From positions 5,340,001 through 5,372,000 of the forward strand of contig CP104013.1 in NCBI GenBank assembly GCA_025839675.1: 32,000 nucleotides of DNA. The letters run 5' to 3'. Positions within the stretch are counted from its first letter, which is position 1, and each line of letters begins with the position of its first letter. This document shows, piece by piece, positions 16,721 to 25,802 of this stretch. The translations under genes were made by a program, and so were the position numbers. Source of the stretch: Candidatus Lokiarchaeum ossiferum (GTDB taxonomy: Archaea; Asgardarchaeota; Lokiarchaeia; Sigyniarchaeales; Promethearchaeaceae). Below the pieces are notes generated by a model. The model made no database searches. It was not told the DNA's origin and worked only from the letters and a program-made list of their open reading frames with translations.

Positions 16721-16732
16721 AAAAAAAAAAAA
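16721..16732 (-). terminator. oligo-T (T12 on the minus strand) terminator candidate for the pncB-pncA unit
   Basis: A12 on the + strand, about 97 nt downstream of the pncA stop in the direction of transcription. Confidence 0.35.
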
Positions 16733-16828
16733 GAATTCTTTTTGAGTAATAATTGATTAAATTGAAATCATTTGAATGGTATCTTGTTCTATTGAATGCT
16801 TACATCTTATTCACGTTAGTCCTATGAA

Positions 16829-17470
16829 TTATTGGACAATTTGGATTCCTTCATGTTCCATTTTATCTAAAGAAATTTGAATATTATTTTCTGGTTGATC
16901 AATTCCTTTTGTTAAATTTTGCAAGAAAAAGACTTCAAAACCTTCCTTTTTTGCATCAATGGCTGTATAGAAGCAACAATAGTCCAAAGCAAGTCCACAA
17001 ACAAATATTTTTCTTACATTTAAATCGTTAAGCAACCCCGTCAATCCAGTTTTAGTTAGTTTATCATTTTCTAAGAAAGCAGAATAGCTGTCAATTTCTT
17101 TTCGATATCCTTTTCTTAAAATTGCTGTAGCATAAACAATTTGCAATTTTTCATTGATTTCTGCTCCCTTTGTTCCTTGTATGCAGTGATCTGGCCAAAG
17201 AATTGGTCCTAATCCTGCTGTTTCGATAACATCCCCTGGTTTTTTACTATCATATACACTAGCGAAGGAATGGTGGCCGATTGGATGCCAATCTTGAGTA
17301 AAAATAATTTTTCCTTGATTCTCATGAAATTTTTGAATTAAATCATTTATTTGTGGAATTATACGATCTCCTTCAGACACCGCTAAAGATCCTCCGGGCA
17401 AGAAATCATTTTGCATATCAACTACAAGTAATGCTGAATTAGCACTAATTTGAATATCGTCAATTTTCAT
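16829..17470 (-). CDS. pncA: nicotinamidase/pyrazinamidase (isochorismatase family)
   Basis: ALLVVDMQNDFLPGGSLAV, DWHPIGHHSF, WPDHCIQGTKGAE and VCGLALDYCCFYTAIDA are catalytic and metal-site motifs of PncA. Its start lies 2 nt after the pncB stop. Confidence 0.9.
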   Translation of the reverse strand: MKIDDIQISANSALLVVDMQNDFLPGGSLAVSEGDRIIPQINDLIQKFHENQGKIIFTQDWHPIGHHSFASVYDSKKPGDVIETAGLGPILWPDHCIQGTKGAEINEKLQIVYATAILRKGYRKEIDSYSAFLENDKLTKTGLTGLLNDLNVRKIFVCGLALDYCCFYTAIDAKKEGFEVFFLQNLTKGIDQPENNIQISLDKMEHEGIQIVQ

Positions 17471-17472
17471 CT

Positions 17473-18657
17473 TTAATCACTCTTCTTCATTTTTTCTGAA
17501 AAAACTTTTTTAAGATATTTTAAGTATTCCTCATCGTTACACATGCCTTTTTCAGGACTATCTGAGATTTTAGCTACAGGTTGTCCATTACATCTAACCA
17601 TCTTGATGACAATTTGTAATGGATTTTGATTTGGGATATCATTAGTTAAATTTGTTCCGATCCCAAAGGAGACTTGAATTCGTGATTGAAAATGTTCCAA
17701 AATCTTCCTGGCGATATTAAAATCTAAACCATCACTAAATACAATAGATTTCGTCCAGGGGTTGATCTTCATCGCTTCATAATGCTGAATTATTTTTTCA
17801 CCAACTATGAAAGGATCTCCTGAATCATGTCTTACTCCATCATATAACTTGCTGAAATATTTATCAAAATCAAATAAAAATGCGTCAATTCCCACTATGT
17901 CTGATAATGCTATACCTAAATCTCCTCGATATTCGTCCACCCATTTCTGAAGCATAAATTTTTGACTATCTATCAATCTGACGCCCACAGCTTGTCCTGC
18001 TTGTAACCATTCATGAGCCATAGTTCCGATTGGTTTGATATTGAACTGTTTTGCTAGTGAAATGTTGCTCGTTCCAACAAAATTGACTAAATTGAGTGGG
18101 GAATTCACCAATTCATTAATAATTTGTTTCTGCCAAGAATAAGAGAATCTTCTACGTGTTCCAAAGTCTGCAAATTTAAATTTATTACCCAATTTTTGAA
18201 CAAAATGCATTTTTTGTTCTAATAATTTCATTGCACCATTGAAATCAGGATTTTGTACATTATTTGAAAAATAAATTTGGTTTACAATAGCTAAAATTGG
18301 AACTTCAAATAAAATTGTTAATAACCAGCTACCTTCAATTTTAATATCTAATTCTTTGTTTTCAACGGTTAGTTTAACGTGATCCGGATTTAACCTAAAA
18401 AATTTGAGAAAATCAATGAAATCCTTCTTCAAGAAGGATAATGATTTCAAATAGTCCAACTCATCTTTTTTGAATGAAAGAGAGCAGAGATGGTTGATCT
18501 CCCTTTTAATTTCGTCACTAAATGGGCTTAAATCAATGTTTTCTGTACGACACTTAAATTCGTATAAAACTTCAATATCTGGGAAGAAATGGAGGACACC
18601 TTGCATCATAGTAAATTTGTAGAGATCATTGTCCAGTAAGCTATTTATTATAGGCAT
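17473..18657 (-). CDS. pncB: nicotinate phosphoribosyltransferase
   Basis: Colinear with bacterial PncB: LLDNDLYKFTMMQ, FADFGTRRRFS, FVGTSN, GTMAHEWLQA, GVRHDSGDP, VSFGIGTNLTND and VAKISDSPEK. Confidence 0.9.
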   Translation of the reverse strand: MPIINSLLDNDLYKFTMMQGVLHFFPDIEVLYEFKCRTENIDLSPFSDEIKREINHLCSLSFKKDELDYLKSLSFLKKDFIDFLKFFRLNPDHVKLTVENKELDIKIEGSWLLTILFEVPILAIVNQIYFSNNVQNPDFNGAMKLLEQKMHFVQKLGNKFKFADFGTRRRFSYSWQKQIINELVNSPLNLVNFVGTSNISLAKQFNIKPIGTMAHEWLQAGQAVGVRLIDSQKFMLQKWVDEYRGDLGIALSDIVGIDAFLFDFDKYFSKLYDGVRHDSGDPFIVGEKIIQHYEAMKINPWTKSIVFSDGLDFNIARKILEHFQSRIQVSFGIGTNLTNDIPNQNPLQIVIKMVRCNGQPVAKISDSPEKGMCNDEEYLKYLKKVFSEKMKKSD

Positions 18658-18743
18658 ATACCATCCTTACCTAAGAAATAGCTCTTTGCATTAAAAATTG
18701 TTTAGGTTTAAAAAAAACTCGCAGAAATGAATTTGGTTTTTTA

Positions 18744-19046
18744 CTATAACATTGCTTCTTCATCAATCTCAGCGATTTTATAATAAATTTGTTTCAACGT
18801 GTCCTTTGCTTCAGTCCACAAAGTAGCATCTCCGCTGGTTAAATCATCTAGATATTTCTCAAGCATTTTAATAGCGGCTTCTCGTTCACGTTTAATCCGA
18901 TTTTTTAGACAAAATTCAAATTCTACATTATCATGAATTCCTAAATCCATCATTACTTTTTCAATAAGATCATCGTCAGGCCAATCCAAAGATCGATATT
19001 TTTGGATATTTTGTTTAATAAGAAGTTTATCTGGAGTTGGAATCAT
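18744..19046 (-). CDS. small hypothetical protein (100 aa, helical, acidic)
   Basis: ORF in the same orientation as its flanking genes. No recognisable family. Confidence 0.5.
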   Translation of the reverse strand: MIPTPDKLLIKQNIQKYRSLDWPDDDLIEKVMMDLGIHDNVEFEFCLKNRIKREREAAIKMLEKYLDDLTSGDATLWTEAKDTLKQIYYKIAEIDEEAML

Positions 19047-19072
19047 TAAAATTCTCTCTTTCTGGGATATTA

Positions 19073-19082
19073 AAAAAAAAAA
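19073..19082 (-). terminator. oligo-T (T10 on the minus strand) immediately after the aspS stop codon
   Basis: A10 on the + strand abutting the TAA stop (19083-19085, minus strand). Confidence 0.4.
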
Positions 19083-20420
19083 TTATGGATCTAATCTATC
19101 AGGAGTGCGTGGATAGAAAACGCATTCTTTAATTTGGTCCACACCTGTGATTATTTGCAACCATCGTGCAATACCGAAGCCCATACCTGCATGGGGTGGC
19201 ATACCATAATCAAAAGCTTGGAGATGACTTTTAAAAGCATCCGGATTCAATCCTTGTTTTTCAAGATTTTTAATTAATAATTCTTTTTCATGAACACGTG
19301 TTCCTCCTGAAGATAATTCTAGCCACCCTTTTTGTAAATCAAATCCGTCACTCAATTCTGGATTCTCTGGGTCGAAATGAATGTAAAATGGTTTAACACT
19401 CATTGGCCATTTTGTAATGAAGTAATATCCAGGTAAAATTTCATCTAGTTTTCGATAAGCTTCGGTTGAAATATCTTCTCCGAATTCAATTTTAATACCG
19501 CATTTTTCATCAATTATCTTTAAAACTTCTGAATAGGTATATCTTGGGAAAGGAATTTGGGGGACTTCAAAATTTTCCCATTGATCGAGGATTTTAAGGT
19601 CTTCTTCACATTGGACTTTAATTGCTTGTAGAACACTTTGGACTAATCCTTCCATGGCCACTAAAACATCTTTATAATCTGCAAAGGCCAATTCCATATC
19701 TAATTGGTATATTTCACAGAGGTGTCGGTTTGTGAAGGATTTTTCCGCCCGATAACAAGGGGCTATTTCAAAAACATTTTCATAAACACTACATAGTCGT
19801 TCCTTATATAGTTGAGCACTTTGAGATAAATAAGCATCTTTATCAAAATATTTGATTGGGAATAGTTCTGTTCCGCCTTCCGTTGCACTTCCAATTATTT
19901 TTGGTGTCATTATTTCTGTGTAATTATTTTTAACCAAATATTTACGGATTTCATTTAACATAACAGATTGGATTCGGAAAATCGCTTGATTTCGCGGATG
20001 GCGTAAATCCAATGAACGGTTATTCAAACGTGTATCTAAATCGGACATGGCTTTTCCTGTCATATCCAATGGGAGTTGTTCTATTGCCTGATTAAGGATG
20101 CAAATCTCTAGTGGGACAAGCTCTACTCCATGAGGACCATTTTTAAATGCTTTTACTTCCCCTTTTATTAGTAAACACCATTGATTCCCAACAGATTTTG
20201 CCTTCTCAAAAATTTCATCGGAAACAACTCCTTTTTTAGCTGTAACTTGTACAGTGCTAAATTTATCTTGCAAAACAATAAATACTAATCCGCCTAATTT
20301 TCTGGTACGAGTAACCCATCCTCCAATAATTACTTCTTGTCCTACCAAATCGGGGGATAAATCTTTGGAAAAATGTGTTTTTCTCATTTCTCCTAAGGCT
20401 TCTAGTGAATTTTCACTCAT
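19083..20420 (-). CDS. aspS: aspartyl-tRNA synthetase, archaeal/eukaryal type
   Basis: N-terminal OB fold (GWVTRTRKLGGLVFIVLQD). Class II motifs are PKIIGSATEGGTELFPIKYFDKDAYLSQSAQLYKE, APCYRAEKSFTNRHLCEIYQLDMELAF and GMGFGIARWL. The length of 445 aa is typical of archaeal AspRS. Confidence 0.9.
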   Translation of the reverse strand: MSENSLEALGEMRKTHFSKDLSPDLVGQEVIIGGWVTRTRKLGGLVFIVLQDKFSTVQVTAKKGVVSDEIFEKAKSVGNQWCLLIKGEVKAFKNGPHGVELVPLEICILNQAIEQLPLDMTGKAMSDLDTRLNNRSLDLRHPRNQAIFRIQSVMLNEIRKYLVKNNYTEIMTPKIIGSATEGGTELFPIKYFDKDAYLSQSAQLYKERLCSVYENVFEIAPCYRAEKSFTNRHLCEIYQLDMELAFADYKDVLVAMEGLVQSVLQAIKVQCEEDLKILDQWENFEVPQIPFPRYTYSEVLKIIDEKCGIKIEFGEDISTEAYRKLDEILPGYYFITKWPMSVKPFYIHFDPENPELSDGFDLQKGWLELSSGGTRVHEKELLIKNLEKQGLNPDAFKSHLQAFDYGMPPHAGMGFGIARWLQIITGVDQIKECVFYPRTPDRLDP

Positions 20421-20482
20421 AAGTTAATAAAAAAGGGGTAAATATTCAAGTTTTCGAAAAAAAATGTGGTTTCATTAAAAAT

Positions 20483-21871
20483 TTATTTTTTATATTTTCT
20501 TAGTTCCCGGAGCAAAACCGTGGCATATGTACCCTTTGGTAATGAAAATTCCAGTTTAATTCCATGAGGATCCAATTCTGGATATTTATTTGTGATGTAT
20601 GCTTGACTAATCTTTAGGCTTGAAGGTTTGTTAAAAATGGGCCTAAAAGTTCCATCGAAGCTAAAAATTCTTGAATATTGATGATTAAACTGATTCATTT
20701 CAAAATTTTCTTCTTCCAATATATTTTTGTATATCGGTTCAAAAGCAGGATAGTCTGTTAATTTCGTTTTATGTCCCAATATAGGAGCTATAATTGTTGC
20801 TCTTTCATGTTTAAATGCTTTTAAAATGGTTGCATCATTCCATCCTTTTCCTCCTTCATATTTATATGTAATAAGAGATGGATGTCCTTTAGGCTCCATT
20901 AGAATTGAGACAAGATCTCCTGAAATCGGTTGTGATAACGGATGTCCCTGAGAAATTCTTTTGGAAATGGCTTGATTAAATATATATGATTGGAAAGAAG
21001 ACATGACCAGATTTACTAGAGGTGTTGGTAAAGCAAAAAATGCAGATTGGAAATCCTCTTGATTTTGGACGAGCTTATTTACGATTAATTTCTCATAATG
21101 AAATCCTCTTGGCCAATTTTTGAGAACTTCGCTTAGATTTGAAGTCTCCCGTAATTTTTCTCGAAATTGTTTATTTTCTTCATATTCTTTAGGATAAATT
21201 TGATATAAAAATTCTTCACACGCTTCTTTAAACTGTCCTAAAAAGGCATATCTGCCAACTTTATGTGAATTGGGACGATGTTGGCCGAATCTTTGCATTC
21301 CAAAATAATTTGGAAATCCATATGTATTAATTTGTTCCGTCCATTCTGCTAAAGTTCCTTCAATTTCTTGGTATTCTTCATGAATATTACGGAGGTTTAT
21401 TGTAAAATTGTTTCCCCAAAGTTTTCCAAGTTCAATCTCTTCCTTAGCGGGTCTGATATTGGTAATTGTTATATTATTATGTTTAAAATTCTTCAAATCA
21501 TTCATTCGGTTGCCTCTTACTGTAAATCTTTGGGCAGTTATTGCTGTATGATCTTTGATTCCAGCCCATTTAATATGATTTGGAGGGACGTGTAAATATT
21601 CTGCGAGTGTTTTAGAAGCTAGAATCGTATCCATTTTTTTTTTTATTACAGTAAAAATGGTGGCTTTATCTCGACGAGGATTAAAATGGGTATTTGCCAT
21701 TTCCTTTTCATGAGTTGAAAGAATTTCTCCAGAAAGGGTTATTTCCCGAACAATGAAATCAGATATTTCACTTTTTAATATTCCATTAATTGGTGTTGTC
21801 GAAGTTGTGTATCCGCTAATTCCACACCGTTTTCGTTGTTTTTCATTAATATCTTGATGACTTGTTTCCAT
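20483..21871 (-). CDS. truD: tRNA pseudouridine synthase D (TruD/Pus7 family)
   Basis: AGIKDHTAITAQRFTV is the catalytic GxKDxxAxTxQ motif, and NYFGMQRFG is also present. The longest ORF reaches 21946, only 1 nt from the divergent gene, so the internal METSHQ start at 21871 is more plausible. Confidence 0.85.
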   Translation of the reverse strand: METSHQDINEKQRKRCGISGYTTSTTPINGILKSEISDFIVREITLSGEILSTHEKEMANTHFNPRRDKATIFTVIKKKMDTILASKTLAEYLHVPPNHIKWAGIKDHTAITAQRFTVRGNRMNDLKNFKHNNITITNIRPAKEEIELGKLWGNNFTINLRNIHEEYQEIEGTLAEWTEQINTYGFPNYFGMQRFGQHRPNSHKVGRYAFLGQFKEACEEFLYQIYPKEYEENKQFREKLRETSNLSEVLKNWPRGFHYEKLIVNKLVQNQEDFQSAFFALPTPLVNLVMSSFQSYIFNQAISKRISQGHPLSQPISGDLVSILMEPKGHPSLITYKYEGGKGWNDATILKAFKHERATIIAPILGHKTKLTDYPAFEPIYKNILEEENFEMNQFNHQYSRIFSFDGTFRPIFNKPSSLKISQAYITNKYPELDPHGIKLEFSLPKGTYATVLLRELRKYKK

Positions 21872-21947
21872 TTTTTCACAATCCAATTTATTCTGTACGA
21901 TGTAACAAAGCGTAAATTCTATTTTGAATTTTCTTAATTGAGTCACT

Positions 21948-22337
21948 ATGAAAGATTCTCAAAATCCCTTGATCGATCAATTTTACATGGTAATTACTAA
22001 ATATTGTAATCGAAAATCCCCCTTAAGTATGATTGATATAATGCTCTACTTACAACAATTATTTACTGCGGAGGAGATTAATGGAGAAAGTGTTTTTGGC
22101 GATGGGGCCCAAAATAAAATATACTGGAGTGGAATTTCCTCAGAGTTATCCCAAGGTTTAGTTCGCATTTGGACAGAAAAAAAAATGTGTTTCTATGAAT
22201 GTAATCCAAGTTTTTACATATCTCATCCTGAAATACTGGAACAATTTTTATCCAATAAGCAAAACTGGATTCCTGTGCTTTTAGAACCTTATAAAGAAGA
22301 AAAATCTGTTCAATACTTGAATCAAAAACTGAACTAA
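21948..22337 (+). CDS. hypothetical protein (129 aa)
   Basis: ORF with an ATG start, divergent from truD and convergent with rps11. No family recognised. Confidence 0.5.
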   Translation: MKDSQNPLIDQFYMVITKYCNRKSPLSMIDIMLYLQQLFTAEEINGESVFGDGAQNKIYWSGISSELSQGLVRIWTEKKMCFYECNPSFYISHPEILEQFLSNKQNWIPVLLEPYKEEKSVQYLNQKLN

Positions 22338-22495
22338 AACTCCAAACTAAATTAGAAATTTTTTTTAGAAAAATTTTCTTGACCTACATTAGTTTAGGTA
22401 ACAAGTTGCAAAGCCTCGTTTAAAACTAGAAAAAGGTATCAGTTCGACAAATATTTTTAGAATAAATAAAAAAAGTAATCGAATTTATCGATATT

Positions 22496-22906
22496 TTAAA
22501 CACGTCGGCCTCGTCGACCACCTTTACGACGAGTTCCATCATGTGATATTGGTGTAACTTCTTCAATTCTTCCGATTCGTAATCCCGATCTGGATAATCC
22601 TCGGATAGCAGATTGTGCACCTGGGCCAGGGGTTTTTGCACCGCGACCGCCGGGAGCTCGCACTTTGATGTGGATTCCTCGAATGCCTTTATCTTTTAAT
22701 TGAAGGGATGCTCGCATTGCACATTGCATTGCTGCATAGGGTTTAGCTTCGTCTCGATCACTTTTTACTACCATTCCCCCGCTGATTCGAGCTAAGGTTT
22801 CAGCACCAGAAAGATCAGTAATTGTTAGGATCGTATCGTTATAAGAAGCAAACAAATGGGCGATTCCCCATTTCATACTTTTTTTATCAACGCTGTATTT
22901 GGACAT
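22496..22906 (-). CDS. rps11: 30S ribosomal protein S11 (uS11)
   Basis: [42 protein letters not shown]...[14 protein letters not shown] is the archaeal uS11 signature. Confidence 0.95.
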   Translation of the reverse strand: MSKYSVDKKSMKWGIAHLFASYNDTILTITDLSGAETLARISGGMVVKSDRDEAKPYAAMQCAMRASLQLKDKGIRGIHIKVRAPGGRGAKTPGPGAQSAIRGLSRSGLRIGRIEEVTPISHDGTRRKGGRRGRRV

Positions 22907-22909
22907 TTA

Positions 22910-23458
22910 TTATTCCTCCACTACTTCTTCTTTTGGAGCGGATTTTCCTAAACCCCAGATTTTAGATTGGTCTTCATGGAAAGGAGAATTAATACTGTAT
23001 GTAACTTTATCTTCTTTTTTAACTAAATAAGAAGGTGAATCGATTACATTATTATTAACTGCTATATGTCCATGAGTTGTTAACTGTCGAGCTTGAGTTA
23101 TTGTTTTTGCTAATCCATTTTTAAAAACTATTGTTTGAAGCCGTCTTTCTAAGATGTTTTCAACCGATAAGGATAAAATATCATCAGAATGCGCATCAGG
23201 ATTTACCAACCCAATTTTAACCAAACTATCTCGCAATTCAGCAAATCGATCTTCACGAATTTCTTGAGGTAAGGTTTTGTTGGATCGTGCTAATTGTCGC
23301 ATTTTTGAAAGTTGATATTTATGTCGTCGAAATTCCTTTTTATTTCTCAAACCGTATTTTCCTAAATAACTGAATTCTTCAACAATTCGTTCTTTTTCGA
23401 AAGGATTGTTAGGGGTAGCATATTTTTTACGTAGTCGTCTTGGATCTCCCATTTTCAT
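22910..23458 (-). CDS. rps4: 30S ribosomal protein S4 (uS4)
   Basis: MGDPRRLRKKYATPNNPF at the N-terminus, plus an S4 RNA-binding domain (RRLQTIVFKNGLAKTITQARQLTTHGHIAVNN). Its stop lies 3 nt from the rps11 start. Confidence 0.95.
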   Translation of the reverse strand: MKMGDPRRLRKKYATPNNPFEKERIVEEFSYLGKYGLRNKKEFRRHKYQLSKMRQLARSNKTLPQEIREDRFAELRDSLVKIGLVNPDAHSDDILSLSVENILERRLQTIVFKNGLAKTITQARQLTTHGHIAVNNNVIDSPSYLVKKEDKVTYSINSPFHEDQSKIWGLGKSAPKEEVVEE

Positions 23459-23466
23459 TCACCTTT

Positions 23467-23991
23467 TTATTTCTTCATATCCTTTCGGTAATAACCAACA
23501 ACTAATCCTCTTCGACCAGTTGTTCGAGTTCGTTGACCTCGGACTTTTAATCCATACATATGTCGGATTCCTTTCCAACTTCGGGTTCGTTTCATTCGAT
23601 CAATATCCATTTTATGAACTAATTCAAGATCAGTTCCTGAAATGTGTCGAAATTCTCCAGTACGTAAATCTTTTTGGCGATTGACCATCCAGAGTGGAAC
23701 TCCATACTTTACAGGATTTTTAATCATTTCAACGAGTTTCTCTTGTTGTTCTTCGGTTAGTAAACCAATTCGCATGTTAACGTCAAAGTTAGGATCTTTC
23801 TGAGCATAAATTCGACAAATTGCTTGTGCGAGTCGCATGCCAACCCCGCGAATTTGAGATAAGCCAAAAGGCACGCTACGGTGTCCTTCGACGGATGTCC
23901 CAATAATTCGGAGGAGATTACGAAATTCTGGTTTTTTTTGATAAAATTCTTTATCATGGTAGGTTTTTTGTGGCAATATAGTGCACTCCAT
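23467..23991 (-). CDS. rps13: 30S ribosomal protein S13 (uS13)
   Basis: FRNLLRIIGTSVEGHRSVPFGLSQIRGVGMRLAQAIC...WKGIRHMYGLKVRGQRTRTTGR. The track ORF extends to 24027. The conserved core starts at about KKPEF, so an internal start (ATG at 23991 or a nearby TTG) is likely. Confidence 0.9.
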   Translation of the reverse strand: MECTILPQKTYHDKEFYQKKPEFRNLLRIIGTSVEGHRSVPFGLSQIRGVGMRLAQAICRIYAQKDPNFDVNMRIGLLTEEQQEKLVEMIKNPVKYGVPLWMVNRQKDLRTGEFRHISGTDLELVHKMDIDRMKRTRSWKGIRHMYGLKVRGQRTRTTGRRGLVVGYYRKDMKK

Positions 23992-24192
23992 TTTTGCGAT
24001 TAGATCGCAAGAAAAAGAATACATCATTTGATTAAAATTTTTTTATAAAAGATATGATTAAATAGGGGAAAAATGTAGAATTCTATCTTTTCCTAAAAAT
24101 GGATTATTTTTTTATTAATCTGCCAGCAAGTTCTAATTTATATCGAAAAGAGTGTAATTTTTGGATTAGAAAGAAAAAAAATAAATTTTGAT

Positions 24193-25593
24193 TTATTGCA
24201 TAGAAATAGAATATTTTGGATTGAAATAGATGATCAATTCCTTATGTTTAAAGACGGGCAATATTTTATCCTTAGCATATTCCAAGTATACTTTGATTTC
24301 AAGAGTATCATCAATTAGTTTCTCTTCAAATTTAATCAAAATTTCCCCAAATCCATACATGTTCCCAATCATATTCGAAAAATTCCAATAAGCTTCTCCC
24401 AAATTTGATGACGATGAATTCAAATATGCAATTTTAATGTTGAAAAAGGAAGTTTGGTTGATCAATTTGATCTTTGATGGGTTACTCGCAATATTTTCAA
24501 TTGTAAAGTTTCCAGATGTCCATCTTTCTCTCGGAATACTATCCCAATATGACATCGTTCCGCATATTCGAATTGGTTTGAAACATGGTACAACCTTGAT
24601 GTAACACTTTGAATCAAGTGAATTCAAAGAAAAATAGATGTTATCGGCATTTGGGGATGTAGATTTTTTGGTGGTATAATAATTGCTTCCATTTTTATTG
24701 AGGAAACCTGTAGGTGTGACTAATTTAAAATGTTCTTCTGTGATTTGAGAGGAAATAATAAAATTTGTTGATTGATTAGGTGCCCAATATCTGGCTTCTA
24801 TAATTCCACCATTTTCCAATAATACTTCCACATTATTTTTCTTTTCAAAGTGAGAAGCCCATCGAAAATCTAAAAGTTTTTCAGATTTAGTTTTAACTTC
24901 AAAAATTGCTGGGTTTTTAAAAAGAATATTCCATGAATCACTTGATATTGCTCCTGTCGATGACTCGCAAAAAATGTTTTGAGAAAAGTTAATAAAATCC
25001 ATAAAAAGGTTGATATTTCCTTGTTTTGAAGAACATATTAAATCAGAATGGATTGAACATTGTTCAAGGTTAAGATTAATATCACCTGAAGAAGATTGTA
25101 TGTCAAAAATCGCGAATGATGCGTTTTTTGCTTGAATTTTGAAATTTCCTGCTTTTGAATTACTTCCAATGGAGTAGTTTTCATAACAAGGATCAATATA
25201 AACCGTGAAATCACAAAAAATTAGTTCTTGAATCGGAGAAATCAACTTGTTTTTGCGAGAGATACTAATTATTAAAGTATCCTTATCAATTTTTTCAGAA
25301 AAAATTAGTTCTAAGGGATATCTCGTTGATTTTTGACTATATGTTATATTCCAGTTTGCTTCATAGATATTTTTGGTTGCATTTGGTATGATTTTAATGT
25401 TAACATCTATATCTGATGCGAGGTAATTTAATTCTACATTTTTGAATTTTCCAATATCTGATGTTTCTAATTTATATGTTCCAAAATAATCTTGCTTAGT
25501 CAAAAATTCTGATGTAATCACAACAAAACTTGTTGTAGAAATGAGGAATGAACTAATCAGAATCAAAACTTTCATATTTTTTTTCATTTTCAT
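24193..25593 (-). CDS. secreted or membrane-anchored beta-rich protein with an internal domain duplication (possible DUF4097-like adhesin core)
   Basis: The N-terminal MKMKKNMKVLILISSFLISTTSFVVI is a signal or anchor sequence. There are many NxS/T sequons. The central part holds SSSGDINLN / SKQGNINLF / SSTGAISSD repeats. The start is uncertain: the track has TTG at 25644, and several ATGs lie between 25626 and 25575. Confidence 0.6.
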   Translation of the reverse strand: MKMKKNMKVLILISSFLISTTSFVVITSEFLTKQDYFGTYKLETSDIGKFKNVELNYLASDIDVNIKIIPNATKNIYEANWNITYSQKSTRYPLELIFSEKIDKDTLIISISRKNKLISPIQELIFCDFTVYIDPCYENYSIGSNSKAGNFKIQAKNASFAIFDIQSSSGDINLNLEQCSIHSDLICSSKQGNINLFMDFINFSQNIFCESSTGAISSDSWNILFKNPAIFEVKTKSEKLLDFRWASHFEKKNNVEVLLENGGIIEARYWAPNQSTNFIISSQITEEHFKLVTPTGFLNKNGSNYYTTKKSTSPNADNIYFSLNSLDSKCYIKVVPCFKPIRICGTMSYWDSIPRERWTSGNFTIENIASNPSKIKLINQTSFFNIKIAYLNSSSSNLGEAYWNFSNMIGNMYGFGEILIKFEEKLIDDTLEIKVYLEYAKDKILPVFKHKELIIYFNPKYSISMQ

Positions 25594-25802
25594 TTTTCTC
25601 AATAAATTTATATAGTGAACTTTCATTTTTATATTTTCACACAATTTGGGATTTGATGTAATTAGAAAAAATGATTTTTTAAATATATTCTACTAGTGCA
25701 TTATATGATTAAATTGAACAAAAATGAAAATTAGGCCAAAAGGATTAAAAAAATTATCAAGTTGCTAGAAAAAGTGTAAGAATTGCTGAATTTAAAAAAA
25801 AC

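Noticed and set aside
21872-21946. A 25-codon N-terminal extension of TruD that would place its start 1 nt from the divergent gene's ATG.
   Set aside because: It would leave no promoter space for either gene, and the extension (MTQLRKFKIEFTLCYIVQNKLDCEK) is not TruD-like. The internal Met at 21871 is preferred.
22426-22641. 71-aa minus-strand ORF overlapping the 3' end of rps11. Similar cases, 23406..23684 and 23757..23957, overlap rps4 and rps13.
   Set aside because: These overlap highly conserved ribosomal protein genes in alternative frames or strands, with no independent support.
23992-24027. N-terminal extension of uS13 (MMYSFSCDLIAK).
   Set aside because: Archaeal uS13 proteins begin a few residues before the conserved EFR..RI.G motif. 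The extension is likely a read-through of the longest-ORF rule, and the exact start remains uncertain.
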